Shown: positions 25,431-34,632 of the stretch, one piece after another
How positions within the stretch are numbered: the first letter of the stretch is position 1
How the letters are laid out: each line of letters opens with the position of its first letter
Source: Candidatus Micrarchaeota archaeon
Lineage (GTDB): Archaea > Micrarchaeota > Micrarchaeia > Anstonellales > Anstonellaceae
Reading direction: 5' to 3'
Length of the DNA stretch: 64,000 nt
NCBI GenBank assembly: GCA_021814005.1
Contig: JAKAJC010000001.1
Location: forward strand, 5,379 to 69,378
Notes under the pieces: generated by a model
What the model saw: the letters and a program-made list of their open reading frames with translations, nothing else
Database searches by the model: none
Told to the model about the DNA's origin: nothing
Program-made: the position numbers and the translations under genes

Positions 25431-25964
25431 ATGGGAAACAACACAATCCGCCGCTTGGCGGCAGATATCATGGGCGCCGGCGAGTCCCGCGTCCGCTTCA
25501 ATCCGGACGAGATGGCCCGCATCGGCGAAGCCCTCACCCGTGACGACGTTCGCGCCCTTATCAAAGAGGGCATCATCTACGCAATTCCGGCACGCGGAGT
25601 AAGCCGCGCCGGAGCTCGCCAGCGCGCCGAAGGAAAGCGCGTGGGCCGCCACTCGGGCCACGGACGCCGCAAAGGCACATCCGCCGCCAGAGGGGAGCCC
25701 AAGGAGACGTGGATGGCCAAGGTGCGCTCGCAGCGCAAACTGCTGTTCAAGATGCGCGAGGAGAAAACCATCTCGCCCGAAGCCGTGCGCAAGATATATG
25801 CCATGATTAAGGGCAACGCGTTCCGCGGCAAGATGGTTATGCGCAATTATCTCAATGAAAACAACCTGCTGACAGCGAGCGGCAAAACCGCCCACAATGA
25901 AAAGAAAAATGTGAAGAAATCCGGACCGGCTGTAAAAACCAGCTCTCCGCCCAAGAAAGCCTAA
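25431..25964 (+). CDS. rpl19e: 50S ribosomal protein eL19
   Basis: 'IRRLAADIMGAGESRVRFNPD' and 'GHGRRKGTSAAR'; ATG at 25431. Confidence 0.95.
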   Translation: MGNNTIRRLAADIMGAGESRVRFNPDEMARIGEALTRDDVRALIKEGIIYAIPARGVSRAGARQRAEGKRVGRHSGHGRRKGTSAARGEPKETWMAKVRSQRKLLFKMREEKTISPEAVRKIYAMIKGNAFRGKMVMRNYLNENNLLTASGKTAHNEKKNVKKSGPAVKTSSPPKKA

Positions 25965-25989
25965 GAATGTTTGATGAGTGTGAATGATT

Positions 25990-26574
25990 ATGCCGGCTGC
26001 AAAAGGTCCCCTGTACAAGGTCGCGTTCCGCCGTCGCCGCGAGAACCGCACCGATTATACCAAGCGCCTCGGCCAAATCAAGGCCGCGACACCGCGCTTA
26101 GTGGTGCGCGCCTCCAACAAGGGCCTGCGCGCCCAGATTATCGCGTTTGACGCGGTCGGCGACAAGGTGCTTGCGCAGGCCGTTTCTTCGGAGCTTGAAA
26201 CATTCGGCTGGCTCCCGCAGGCAAACACGCCCACCGCTTATCTCACCGGCATGATGGCCGGCGCGCGCGCCAAAAAGGCGGGCGTGAAAGAGTTCCACAT
26301 CGACATCGGCATGGCCACGGCAAGCGTCGGGCGCATACTCTTCGCTGCCGGCCTTGGAGCCAAGGCGGCCGGACTCGAGACAGAACTCGACGAGAACATG
26401 GTTGCGGCGGACCGGCTCAACGGCTCGCACATTTCCAATTATGCAAAAGAGATGAAGGAGAAAGACCCTTCAAGATTCGGCAAGCACTTCGCCCGCTATG
26501 CGGCGAAGAACATCGACGTGACGGCGCTGCCAGCCCTGTTTGAGAAAACCAAACAGAAGGCAGCCAGTGGGTGA
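25990..26574 (+). CDS. rpl18: 50S ribosomal protein uL18
   Basis: 'YKVAFRRRRENRTDYTKRL...LVVRASNKGLRAQII'; synteny. Confidence 0.95.
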   Translation: MPAAKGPLYKVAFRRRRENRTDYTKRLGQIKAATPRLVVRASNKGLRAQIIAFDAVGDKVLAQAVSSELETFGWLPQANTPTAYLTGMMAGARAKKAGVKEFHIDIGMATASVGRILFAAGLGAKAAGLETELDENMVAADRLNGSHISNYAKEMKEKDPSRFGKHFARYAAKNIDVTALPALFEKTKQKAASG

Positions 26575-26579
26575 TATTC

Positions 26580-27302
26580 ATGGGAGGACGTTTCGAAAGG
26601 CGGCGCTCAAACCGAGATGCCGAGCCCAAGCCCGAGTGGATTCCGAAAACAGCCATCGGCAAGCGCGTGAAAGCCGGCGAGATTACCTCGATTGAGGAAA
26701 TCTACGAAATGGGCAAACCGCTTCTCGAGGGCGAGATTGCGGACCACCTGCTTCCGGGGCTCACAGATGAAACACTTGACCTGATGAACACACAGCGCAT
26801 GACCGACTGCGGCCGCAAGGCCCAGTTCCGCGCCATCGTGCTTGTGGGAGACAAGAACGGCCACTTCGGAATCGGAGCAGGCAAATCAGAAGAGGTCCGC
26901 CCCGCGATTGAGACGGCCGCGAAAGACGCGCGTCGCAACATCGTGTGCGTTCCCCTTGGCTGCGGCTCATGGGAATGCGGCTGCAAGACGCGCCACTCAT
27001 TGCCCATTCAGGTAATCGGCAAGAACGGCTCTGTCGAAGTCACGCTCAAACCCGCGCCCCGCGGTCTTGGCATCGCCGCCAACCCGGTGGTGAAGAAAGT
27101 GCTCACAGCCGCCGGAGTGAAGGACGTTTGGTCCTTCTCGCGCGGACACACTGAGAATGTTTACAACATGTCGATGGCAGTGGCCAATGCGCTTGATTCG
27201 CTCAACCGCATGCGCTACCGCGGCGACTGGAAAGAGACAGCCTCTGCCGATGACAGGCAGAAGCGCGACGTTGTCGAGCCTGCAGAAGTGCCGGCCGAGT
27301 AA
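26580..27302 (+). CDS. rps5: 30S ribosomal protein uS5
   Basis: 'WIPKTAIGKRVKAGEI' and 'GDKNGHFGIGAGKSEEV'; ATG at 26580. Confidence 0.95.
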   Translation: MGGRFERRRSNRDAEPKPEWIPKTAIGKRVKAGEITSIEEIYEMGKPLLEGEIADHLLPGLTDETLDLMNTQRMTDCGRKAQFRAIVLVGDKNGHFGIGAGKSEEVRPAIETAAKDARRNIVCVPLGCGSWECGCKTRHSLPIQVIGKNGSVEVTLKPAPRGLGIAANPVVKKVLTAAGVKDVWSFSRGHTENVYNMSMAVANALDSLNRMRYRGDWKETASADDRQKRDVVEPAEVPAE

Positions 27303-27314
27303 GAGGAGATTTAG

Positions 27315-27908
27315 ATGGCAGTTGCAAATCCTACAAACAAGACGGCTTCGATAAAGGCCGAGACAAAGGGCGGCATGGCCAAAGCCATGCCCAAAACAGC
27401 GCCCGCAAAGGCAAAGCCCGCTCCGGCTGTCCGCAATCCCACTGCCTCCTCAACTCCGGCCGCAGGCGCCAAGGTTCTGGCCATCATCCGCGTCCGCGGC
27501 GTTACGGGTTTGCACCCCAAGCGCGCGCACACAATGGATTTGCTCAACGTGAGCCGCTCCAACTGCGCATCGCTTGTGATTGACACCCCGATTACCCGCG
27601 GCATGCTGCACAACTGCAAAGACTACATGGCCTGGGGCCCTGTTTCAGTCAAAATGGTCGAGCACATGCTCACCAAGCGCGGCTACATCGGCGGCAAAAG
27701 GATTAATGCGGTCAAAAAGCCGGCAGAAATCACAGAGATTGCCAACAAGCTCTTCTCCGGCTCTGCAACCCTCAAATCGCTTGAGCTCAACCGCGTGTTC
27801 CACCTCACCCCGCCCTCGGGCGGATGGAAAGACAAGAAGCGCACCTATCCGGTCGGAGACCTCGGTCCGAGGCCTGACATGGACTCGCTCTTGAAATGCA
27901 TGGTATAG
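27315..27908 (+). CDS. rpl30: 50S ribosomal protein uL30 (about 50-aa Ala/Lys/Pro-rich N-terminal extension)
   Basis: 'LAIIRVRGVTGLHPKRAHTMDLLNV' core; synteny. Confidence 0.9.
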   Translation: MAVANPTNKTASIKAETKGGMAKAMPKTAPAKAKPAPAVRNPTASSTPAAGAKVLAIIRVRGVTGLHPKRAHTMDLLNVSRSNCASLVIDTPITRGMLHNCKDYMAWGPVSVKMVEHMLTKRGYIGGKRINAVKKPAEITEIANKLFSGSATLKSLELNRVFHLTPPSGGWKDKKRTYPVGDLGPRPDMDSLLKCMV

Positions 27909-27947
27909 AGAAGAAATTCAAAAATTTGATATCCTGACGTGATTATC

Positions 27948-28520
27948 ATGGCAAGACCTGGCAAACGCAACCGCAAATTCTTGGGCACCCGCAACCACGG
28001 CAAGGGCAACGCCAAAAACAAACGTGGCAAGGGTGGAAAGGGCGGCTGGGGCCGCGCCGGCATGCACAAGCACCGCTTCTCCTACATCACCGCGCACGAG
28101 CGTTTGTGGATGGAAAACGGAGGCCACCGCGGCTTCCACAGCCTGTCTGACAACACTTTGCCCAGCCTCAATCTGTGGCAGGTTCAGGTCATGGCCAACA
28201 AGGGCGAGCTCAAAAGCGACGGCGGCAAGATGGTGCTCGAGTTCGCAGGCAAGATTCTTGGTTCAGGCTCCATTTCCTCACCCGTTATCGTGCGCGCCAT
28301 GGGCGCGTCCGAAACAGCGGTTGAGCGCATCGCTGCAGCAGGCGGCAAATTCGAATTGATTGCGCCCAAAGAGATGAAGGAGACGGGCGGAATCAAGAAA
28401 GACAACCGCGGAAGGCTGCAGGGCGAAGGCGGAAAGGCGCCGGCTGAAGGCGCCAAGCCCTCGGCCAAGGCCGCTCCAAGCGCAAAAGCCGCACCGGCCG
28501 CCAAGGCCAAGGCTGCTTAG
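27948..28520 (+). CDS. rpl15: 50S ribosomal protein uL15 (Ala/Lys/Pro-rich C-terminal tail)
   Basis: 'RKFLGTRNHGKGNAKNKRGKGGKGGWGRAGMHKH'; ATG at 27948. Confidence 0.95.
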   Translation: MARPGKRNRKFLGTRNHGKGNAKNKRGKGGKGGWGRAGMHKHRFSYITAHERLWMENGGHRGFHSLSDNTLPSLNLWQVQVMANKGELKSDGGKMVLEFAGKILGSGSISSPVIVRAMGASETAVERIAAAGGKFELIAPKEMKETGGIKKDNRGRLQGEGGKAPAEGAKPSAKAAPSAKAAPAAKAKAA

Positions 28521-28524
28521 AGAA

Positions 28525-28568
28525 TTTTTTCTTTTTAATTTTCAACTTTTCCGGTTTTCGGCCTTTTA
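28525..28568 (+). terminator. Oligo-T / polypyrimidine tract ending the rpl3-rpl15 operon
   Basis: TTTTTTCTTTTTAATTTTCAACTTTTCCGGTTTTCGGCCTTTT right after the rpl15 stop. Confidence 0.45.
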
Positions 28569-28595
28569 GTTCGTGCGAACGCGCGTCTTGACCTT

Positions 28596-30275
28596 TTGCG
28601 GGAGCTGAAAGAATTTATAAACCAGCAAGCGGAATGGGCGGTAAACAAGGATTTCGAGCTGGCAAAGCGGCAGGCAGGAGAGCCTTCGATGCAGCGAGTT
28701 CACAAATTGATAAACCGGGCGCAAGAACATCTGAGATGGCGCATGCAGAACCATCTCCACTTCAGCCGCGCGCATGCCCATTACATCGCCCGATACGAGC
28801 TGAAACATTCCGGGGATTATCGCTTCATCCACGACAAGATAAGCGCCCGGCAGACATTCCATCGCGAGACGCTGGAACTAATCCTTCTCTTCGGAGCTGC
28901 CTTCGTCTTTTTGGTATGGGGCGCCCATGCGCTGAGCGGGTGGCCCGTCGGCGTCATACTGGTCGGCATGGCGACTGCGTTCTATATCTCTACAATCCTC
29001 TTCAAGTTTCTGGTGTTCCTTCTGGCTTTTGGGAAAGGGATTCCCGACCCAAAGCCGATAGATTTGAACATGATGGACAACCGCGAATTGCCCAGATACA
29101 CGATATTGGTGCCGACCTACAAAGAAGGGAAGTCCATCCGCTCGATTCTCAATGCTCTCAACAACCTTGATTACCCGCGGGGAAAGCTCGACATCAAACT
29201 GCTTTTGGAGGAGGGGGATAAGGAAACCGTCAAAGCGGTGGAGAGCTACGACGATCTCATGGGGCCAGAATACAGCGTGCTCATCCTGCCGCAGGGATTG
29301 CCCCGCACAAAACCCCGGGCGCTCAATGCCGGGCTGATGGAGGCGCGGGGGGAATTCCTGACCATATACGACGCCGAGGATGTGCCGGCGTACAACCAGC
29401 TCAAGAAAGCCGTGTGGGTGTTCCGCCATTCGGGGGATGACATGGTGGCGCTGCAATGCAAACTCAATTTCTACAACCCCCATGAAAACATCCTCAGCTG
29501 CTGGTTCGCGGCCGAGTATACGACATGGTTCGATTTCGTCCTGCCGGGGCTGCACATGCTGAACATGCCCATACCCTTGGGGGGAACATCCAACCATTTC
29601 AAGACGCATATGCTGCGCGAGCTGGGGGGCTGGGACCCGTACAACGTGACCGAGGATGCCGATTTGGGCTTGCGCATCAGCCGGAGCGGCGGCCGCATAA
29701 GCATGATTGAATCCACTACGTGGGGCGAAAGCTCCGCCAGCAGGACGAGCGGAAATCGGTATGGGGTCGGGATGATGGATTCCTTCACACTGGAGGAAAG
29801 CAATACCGACTTGAACAACTGGATCGGACAGCGGTCGCGATGGGTGAAAGGGTTTATCCAGACATTTTTGGTGCATTCGCGCCATCCCGGCCAAACCGTG
29901 AGGGAGTATTCAGTCCGCGGACTGTTCACACTGTTCTTCCTTATCATAGGGACCCCGCTGACCCACTTGCTCAACCTGATTTTCTGGATGATGGCGATTC
30001 TGTGGATTCTGACCAACTCTAGTATCATTAGTGCGCTCTACCCCGAACCTCTGCTTACCCTTGGATGGGCTTCGTTCATCATCGGCAATGCCTTCTTCAT
30101 CGCCATGCATGTGCTGGCTCCGCTGAGAAAAGGTGACACCCGGACCGCTTTCTGGGCATTGTTCATACCCATTTATTGGCTCCTGATGGCCATGGCCACC
30201 CTCAAGGCAGTATATCAGATTTTTTTCAGGCCCCATTACTGGGAGAAGACTGCCCATGGTTTGAAGAAAGCCTGA
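28596..30275 (+). CDS. Membrane-embedded family-2 glycosyltransferase, processive synthase type (CESA-like)
   Basis: 'ILVPTYKEG', 'TKPRALNAG', 'YDAEDVP', 'GGTSNHF', 'TEDADLGLR' and 'QRSRWVKG' (QxxRW). TM helices lie both N- and C-terminal of the catalytic domain. The start is uncertain (TTG 28596 or ATG 28689). Confidence 0.85.
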   Translation: MRELKEFINQQAEWAVNKDFELAKRQAGEPSMQRVHKLINRAQEHLRWRMQNHLHFSRAHAHYIARYELKHSGDYRFIHDKISARQTFHRETLELILLFGAAFVFLVWGAHALSGWPVGVILVGMATAFYISTILFKFLVFLLAFGKGIPDPKPIDLNMMDNRELPRYTILVPTYKEGKSIRSILNALNNLDYPRGKLDIKLLLEEGDKETVKAVESYDDLMGPEYSVLILPQGLPRTKPRALNAGLMEARGEFLTIYDAEDVPAYNQLKKAVWVFRHSGDDMVALQCKLNFYNPHENILSCWFAAEYTTWFDFVLPGLHMLNMPIPLGGTSNHFKTHMLRELGGWDPYNVTEDADLGLRISRSGGRISMIESTTWGESSASRTSGNRYGVGMMDSFTLEESNTDLNNWIGQRSRWVKGFIQTFLVHSRHPGQTVREYSVRGLFTLFFLIIGTPLTHLLNLIFWMMAILWILTNSSIISALYPEPLLTLGWASFIIGNAFFIAMHVLAPLRKGDTRTAFWALFIPIYWLLMAMATLKAVYQIFFRPHYWEKTAHGLKKA

Positions 30276-30401
30276 ATTAAAAAAAGCAAAAAAGAAAGAA
30301 AAAAATCAAAAAGAAACTAGCTTGCCAGCCTTTCCGGCCCAGCGTCGGGAAATGAAGGCGGGGGCAAAATGCCCGGTCCGAATTTAACCATTAAATCCAC
30401 C

Positions 30402-30560
30402 TCACGCGTTTTTCTCAAGCTCTTTGATGCGCTCTTTCACTCCTTTCGCCTCGAGTTCCAAATCGGACGCGTATTCTTTGAGCATCTCGATTTTTTCCTC
30501 GCGCGTGAGGAACGAGCGGCCCGCGCCGCAGCATCCGCCTGGTCCACAGTTGAACTCCAT
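30402..30560 (-). CDS. Small Cys/Gly-rich coiled-coil protein (DUF5320-like)
   Basis: 52 aa from ATG 30560 (GGTGA 5 nt upstream): 'MEFNCGPGGCCGAGRSFLTREEKIEMLKEYASDLELEAKGVKERIKELEKNA'. The Gly/Cys-rich head plus heptad tail resembles DUF5320. The track start at 30629 would run through the promoter region. Confidence 0.55.
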   Translation of the reverse strand: MEFNCGPGGCCGAGRSFLTREEKIEMLKEYASDLELEAKGVKERIKELEKNA

Positions 30561-30571
30561 TCTTCTCACCC

Positions 30572-30637
30572 CCCGATATATCGGGTGTGCGATACTTGGC
30601 TGCCGAAAGTATTTAATAATATCGGACATACGATATT
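30572..30637. promoter_or_regulatory. Divergent promoter with two CGATAT-type palindromes (candidate PadR operators) and a TATA-like TTTAATAAT
   Basis: Perfect 14-nt palindrome CCCGATATATCGGG (30572-30585), plus AATATCG-N6-CGATATT (30618-30637) abutting the PadR ATG (30641). Confidence 0.55.
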
Positions 30638-30640
30638 CTC

Positions 30641-30964
30641 ATGACGTCAAAAAAGGGGGGCGAATGCGTGCCGGGCTGCGACATGCGCGGCATGCTGGGA
30701 TTTCTCATACTCTTTTTGCTCTCGAAAAAGCCCATGCACGGCCAGGAGCTGGCCGATGAGATTGGAAAACGCAGGGGCGGCGAAAAGCCGTCCCCGGGCA
30801 CGATTTATCCGGCCCTCAAAACGCTCAAGGAGGCGGGCTGGATAGTGGAGAAAAACACAAAGGGGGGCAAAAGCATTGTCTATGCCTTGAGCGAGGATGG
30901 CCGCATTACGCTGAAAATGGCCAAGCAGCGCTTCTGCCAGATTTTTGTCGACGTAATGGAATAA
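30641..30964 (+). CDS. PadR-family transcriptional regulator
   Basis: 'GMLGFLILFLLSKKPMHGQELADEI...PSPGTIYPALKTLKEAGWI' is the PadR wHTH signature. Confidence 0.85.
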   Translation: MTSKKGGECVPGCDMRGMLGFLILFLLSKKPMHGQELADEIGKRRGGEKPSPGTIYPALKTLKEAGWIVEKNTKGGKSIVYALSEDGRITLKMAKQRFCQIFVDVME

Positions 30965-31013
30965 AGAGCGCCCGCAGGATGGAATGAAGAGCGCCAGCAG
31001 AATGGAATAAGAT

Positions 31014-31604
31014 TTATTGCTGGGATTGCTGGGCGCCCAAGCCGTAGAAACCGCGCATGATGTCCAGTGCTTGTTCAATCGGCAAATCGGCTGACTTGTC
31101 AAACGGATTTTCAATCACAAGGCCCAAAGCCGCGACTTTTTTCGAGAGGCGGCTGTCGGTGCCGAGCATGGAAACAACGTCTTTTTGCAGACGTTGAAAC
31201 GCAATCCGCGCGCGGTCATGCGAGCGGTTCACCTCACCCATAACCGAATCTATATTTTCCACGGTCTGGCCGGTCACCTGCGCGTCATACATGTCGTCGA
31301 AATTCGCGCGCTTGATTGAAAATTCCTTGAGCCGGCGCGAAAGCACTATGAGGTCGTTGAGGCACAGATTGCGCTTTTCCTCGAACTTTACGGCCAGAGA
31401 ATTCAGCGAATCGGTTTTAGACTGCACATCAGAATACTGGCGCGAGACAATGACTTTTTGCGGTTTTATCTGCTTCTCAATCTTGTTGTCGCTCGCTCCG
31501 CCGCACTTTATGCAGACATTTAGTATCAGGGCGCCCATGCCGAGGGCAACAATGGTGCCGACCACCTTATTGTTTCCTTCCACTGTCGGGAATCGGGATA
31601 TCAT
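31014..31604 (-). CDS. Hypothetical membrane-anchored protein (one N-terminal TM, helical ectodomain)
   Basis: No recognisable family. Somewhat lower GC than its neighbours. A TATA box (31626-31635, minus) lies about 21 nt upstream of the ATG at 31604, which suggests a leaderless mRNA starting at MISRFP rather than at 31625. Confidence 0.45.
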   Translation of the reverse strand: MISRFPTVEGNNKVVGTIVALGMGALILNVCIKCGGASDNKIEKQIKPQKVIVSRQYSDVQSKTDSLNSLAVKFEEKRNLCLNDLIVLSRRLKEFSIKRANFDDMYDAQVTGQTVENIDSVMGEVNRSHDRARIAFQRLQKDVVSMLGTDSRLSKKVAALGLVIENPFDKSADLPIEQALDIMRGFYGLGAQQSQQ

Positions 31605-31625
31605 GCAAAGACAATGTAAGTACAT

Positions 31626-31635
31626 ATTTATATAA
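31626..31635 (-). promoter_or_regulatory. TATA box (TTATATAAAT on minus strand)
   Basis: Consensus archaeal TATA. Its spacing to the ATG at 31604 fits a leaderless transcript. Confidence 0.4.
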
Positions 31636-31751
31636 CAACAACAACCCGCGCGCGGGGATTTATTTTTCCGCCGAGGTCTATCCCTTAAAAACCCTTACGG
31701 CATGAACTCAATTACATTTTCCCCACCCATTATCATGCCGAGGTATGTGAC

Positions 31752-33341
31752 ATGGCTTCAAGCTCGTTGAAATTCCTAGAACCCATCTTCAAGTTCCTGC
31801 CAGAAGTGAAATCACCGGTTTCACCTCCCGGCTTCAGCCAGCGCATAACATGGACATTGCTGGCATTGCTGCTCTTCTTCGCCATGTACAACGTGGCGGC
31901 CGTCGGCGTTGACAAGCGCTTTGCCGACCAGTCCGACTTCTTGCAGGTGGTGACTGCCTCGAAAATGGGTTCATTGCTCACCACGGGCATCGGCCCCATC
32001 GTGTTGGCCTCAATCTTTCTCCAATTGTTCGTGGGCGCGAAAATCCTCAAGGTTGATTTGAAAGACCCTGAGCAGAAATCGCAGTTTTACGGCACGCAGA
32101 AACTGCTGGCCATTCTGCTTTGTTGTTTCGAAGCTTACATTTACGTCGTTGTCGGTCACTTGCCGCTGCAGCCTCTTTTCGCAAGCGAAGGGTATGTGAA
32201 CAGCGTGGCCGGAGGCATTGCAACAATACAGACGCTGGGAGGCCAGTCGATACAGGTGGCCATGAGCGGCGCGGTTGTTGGCGCGGCCTACGCGCCCATG
32301 ACGATGTGGCTTGTGCTGGCGCAAATCGCGCTCGGCTCGCTTATCCTTCTCTTCCTAGATGAAGTGGTTTCAAAGCACGGGCTTGGCAGCGGTATTTCCC
32401 TCTTCATTGCGGCCGGTGTTGCGCTTGCAATCATCGGCGGCATAGTGCATTTGAGCGGCATTGTGACAAGCATTTTGCAGGAAGGCGGGGCCGAAGTCAT
32501 TTCCAAAGCCATCATGGCGCTCTTCCCGCTGTTCGCCACCATTATCGTGTTTCTTGTCGTTGTCTATGCCGAGGGCATGAAAGTGGAAATTCCGCTCTCA
32601 TTCGACAGGGCAAGGGGGGTTGCGACCGGATTCCCCATCAAACTCACTTATGTGAGCAACATTCCCGTCATCTTGGCGTTTGCCCTTATTGCAAACTTCC
32701 AGTTCGCGGCATTGATGATGAACAACGCGCACTGGTGCATAACCGGCGTGGCGAACGTCAATGCGGACGTGCTGAACTATTGCAGCGGGGGCATAGATTT
32801 CTTCAACTACCTAGGCCGCACTTCGGGCGGCACCCCGCCGCAGTTTGTTGACGGATTGTTCTGGCTTATCTCGCCAGTATACCGTCCGGCGCTCGGGCAG
32901 GATTTCGGCGGGTTCATAGGCCAGATATTCAGCGCCAGCTCGCCGGCTTTGCATATCCCCGAAATTGCGCACGTTGTTGTCTACATTTCATTCCTCATGA
33001 TCATCTGCGTGATTTTCGGACAGTTCTGGGTGGAAACAACAGGCATGGGGCCGAAAGAAGTTGCCGAGCAGCTTGACGCGGCCGGCCTGCAAATCCCCGG
33101 ATACAGGCGCGACCCCCGCATAGTCACAAGCTTATTGGAAAAATACATCCCGCCCATCGTGGTTATCGGCTCGGCGTTCGTCGGCCTGCTGGCCGGACTG
33201 GCAGACCTCACGGGCGCTCTGGGCACAGGCACGGGAATTTTGCTCGCGGTGAGCATTCTCTACAGGCTGTATCAGGACATCGAGAAGCAGCAGGTGTTCG
33301 AGTCGAGCGCGTGGGCCTCGAAAATTCTTGGCAAGCGCTAG
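31752..33341 (+). CDS. secY: Preprotein translocase subunit SecY
   Basis: 10-TM SecY sequence ('GIGPIVLASIFLQLFVGAKIL', 'GSGISLFIAAGV'). At 529 aa it is long for archaeal SecY, with an extra Cys-containing loop ('NAHWCITGVANVNADVLNYCSGG'). Confidence 0.95.
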   Translation: MASSSLKFLEPIFKFLPEVKSPVSPPGFSQRITWTLLALLLFFAMYNVAAVGVDKRFADQSDFLQVVTASKMGSLLTTGIGPIVLASIFLQLFVGAKILKVDLKDPEQKSQFYGTQKLLAILLCCFEAYIYVVVGHLPLQPLFASEGYVNSVAGGIATIQTLGGQSIQVAMSGAVVGAAYAPMTMWLVLAQIALGSLILLFLDEVVSKHGLGSGISLFIAAGVALAIIGGIVHLSGIVTSILQEGGAEVISKAIMALFPLFATIIVFLVVVYAEGMKVEIPLSFDRARGVATGFPIKLTYVSNIPVILAFALIANFQFAALMMNNAHWCITGVANVNADVLNYCSGGIDFFNYLGRTSGGTPPQFVDGLFWLISPVYRPALGQDFGGFIGQIFSASSPALHIPEIAHVVVYISFLMIICVIFGQFWVETTGMGPKEVAEQLDAAGLQIPGYRRDPRIVTSLLEKYIPPIVVIGSAFVGLLAGLADLTGALGTGTGILLAVSILYRLYQDIEKQQVFESSAWASKILGKR

Positions 33342-33366
33342 GCGCGTGATTCTTGGACGTGATGCT

Positions 33367-33909
33367 ATGATGATTGTGATGGGATTGCCGGGCGCGGGAA
33401 AAAGCACGGTGCTGGCCATTGCGAAAGAGGCTGGCTGGACAGTGCTCAACTACGGCGACATGATGATGGAGATAGCCAAAAGCAAAGGCATCGCCGACCG
33501 CGACCAGCTGAGAAAGCAGCCGGCTGAATTCCAGAAAGACATCCAGCGCCAGGTCGGAGAGAAGCTTACAAAAGAGAAGAGGCGCAACGTCATCCTCGAC
33601 ACCCACTGCTCCATCTCAACGTCTGGCGGATATCTGCCCGGCCTGCCGTTCGCTTTCCTGCAGAAATGGCAGGTGGAGCGCCTCGTGCTTCTCACCGCGC
33701 CAATCAAAGACATTTTGGCGCGCCGCAAAAACGACACCAGCCGCGTGCGCGATGAGGAATCGGGCGACTCGCTGGCAGAGCATGACATGATGAACCGCTC
33801 GTACCTGGCTTCATATTCGGCCCTTACCGGCGCGCCGGCCATGATATTGGTCAATGCCAACGGCAAGCTGGAAGAAGTGCAGGCCAGTTTCCGCAAGCTG
33901 CTTGCGTGA
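33367..33909 (+). CDS. adkA: Adenylate kinase, archaeal type
   Basis: 'IVMGLPGAGKSTV' P-loop, 'ILDTHCSI' and synteny after secY. The ATG at 33367 follows GTGATGCT. Confidence 0.9.
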   Translation: MMIVMGLPGAGKSTVLAIAKEAGWTVLNYGDMMMEIAKSKGIADRDQLRKQPAEFQKDIQRQVGEKLTKEKRRNVILDTHCSISTSGGYLPGLPFAFLQKWQVERLVLLTAPIKDILARRKNDTSRVRDEESGDSLAEHDMMNRSYLASYSALTGAPAMILVNANGKLEEVQASFRKLLA

Positions 33910-33940
33910 GGCCGAGAAAAAAGATTTCGACGCTGATTAT

Positions 33941-34582
33941 ATGGACAATCAAACCGCAATGTATGCCATCGCGGCCATCGGAGTCGCCTACGCCCTTGTC
34001 TCTACATTCATCTATCAGAAAATAGGCAACCCGAAAAGAATCAAGGAGATACAGGCAGAATCCAGCCGTCTTTCCAAGGAGATGAATGCGGCAATCAAGT
34101 CCAAGGACGACAAGAAAATCGACTCCATCAACAAGGAATATGAGAAATTCTTCCCTCAGATGGGCGAAATGATGATGCTGCAGTTCAAGCCGCTTATCAT
34201 CGTGCTGCCGCTCATATTCATCCTCACGCCGATAATCAAGCACACCTTCAGCGCCTTCACAATCACCCTGCCGTTCTATCTGCCGATTTTCCTCCAAAGG
34301 TTCGACATGCTTCTCAATCTGAGCTTTTTGGGCGATTTCAATACATTCCTCAACTGGCGCGATTTCTTCGGCCCCATCGGCTGGTTCTGGCTGTGCGTGC
34401 TTTTCGGCGGCCTGGCCGTATCAATTATAAAGGGCGGATTGGATAAAATGAACAGCAAAAAGAAAGATGACGACGGCAGGTCAGACAAATCAAAAGAAAA
34501 AGAAAAGCTTGCCGACAAGCCGAAAGCGGCCGAACCGGCTCCCGCTGCCGAATCAAAAAGACTTGTCGAGATGGCAAACTGA
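33941..34582 (+). CDS. DUF106 / EMC3-Oxa1-like membrane insertase homologue
   Basis: 3-TM protein with a coiled 'KRIKEIQAESSRLSKEMNAAIKSKDDKKI' loop, in the canonical slot after adk. Lys/Asp/Glu-rich C-terminal tail. Confidence 0.75.
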   Translation: MDNQTAMYAIAAIGVAYALVSTFIYQKIGNPKRIKEIQAESSRLSKEMNAAIKSKDDKKIDSINKEYEKFFPQMGEMMMLQFKPLIIVLPLIFILTPIIKHTFSAFTITLPFYLPIFLQRFDMLLNLSFLGDFNTFLNWRDFFGPIGWFWLCVLFGGLAVSIIKGGLDKMNSKKKDDDGRSDKSKEKEKLADKPKAAEPAPAAESKRLVEMAN

Positions 34583-34632
34583 TAAAAAACCAGCCCGCCA
34601 AATGAGAATATCATCTTTATCGAGGTGTAGTT

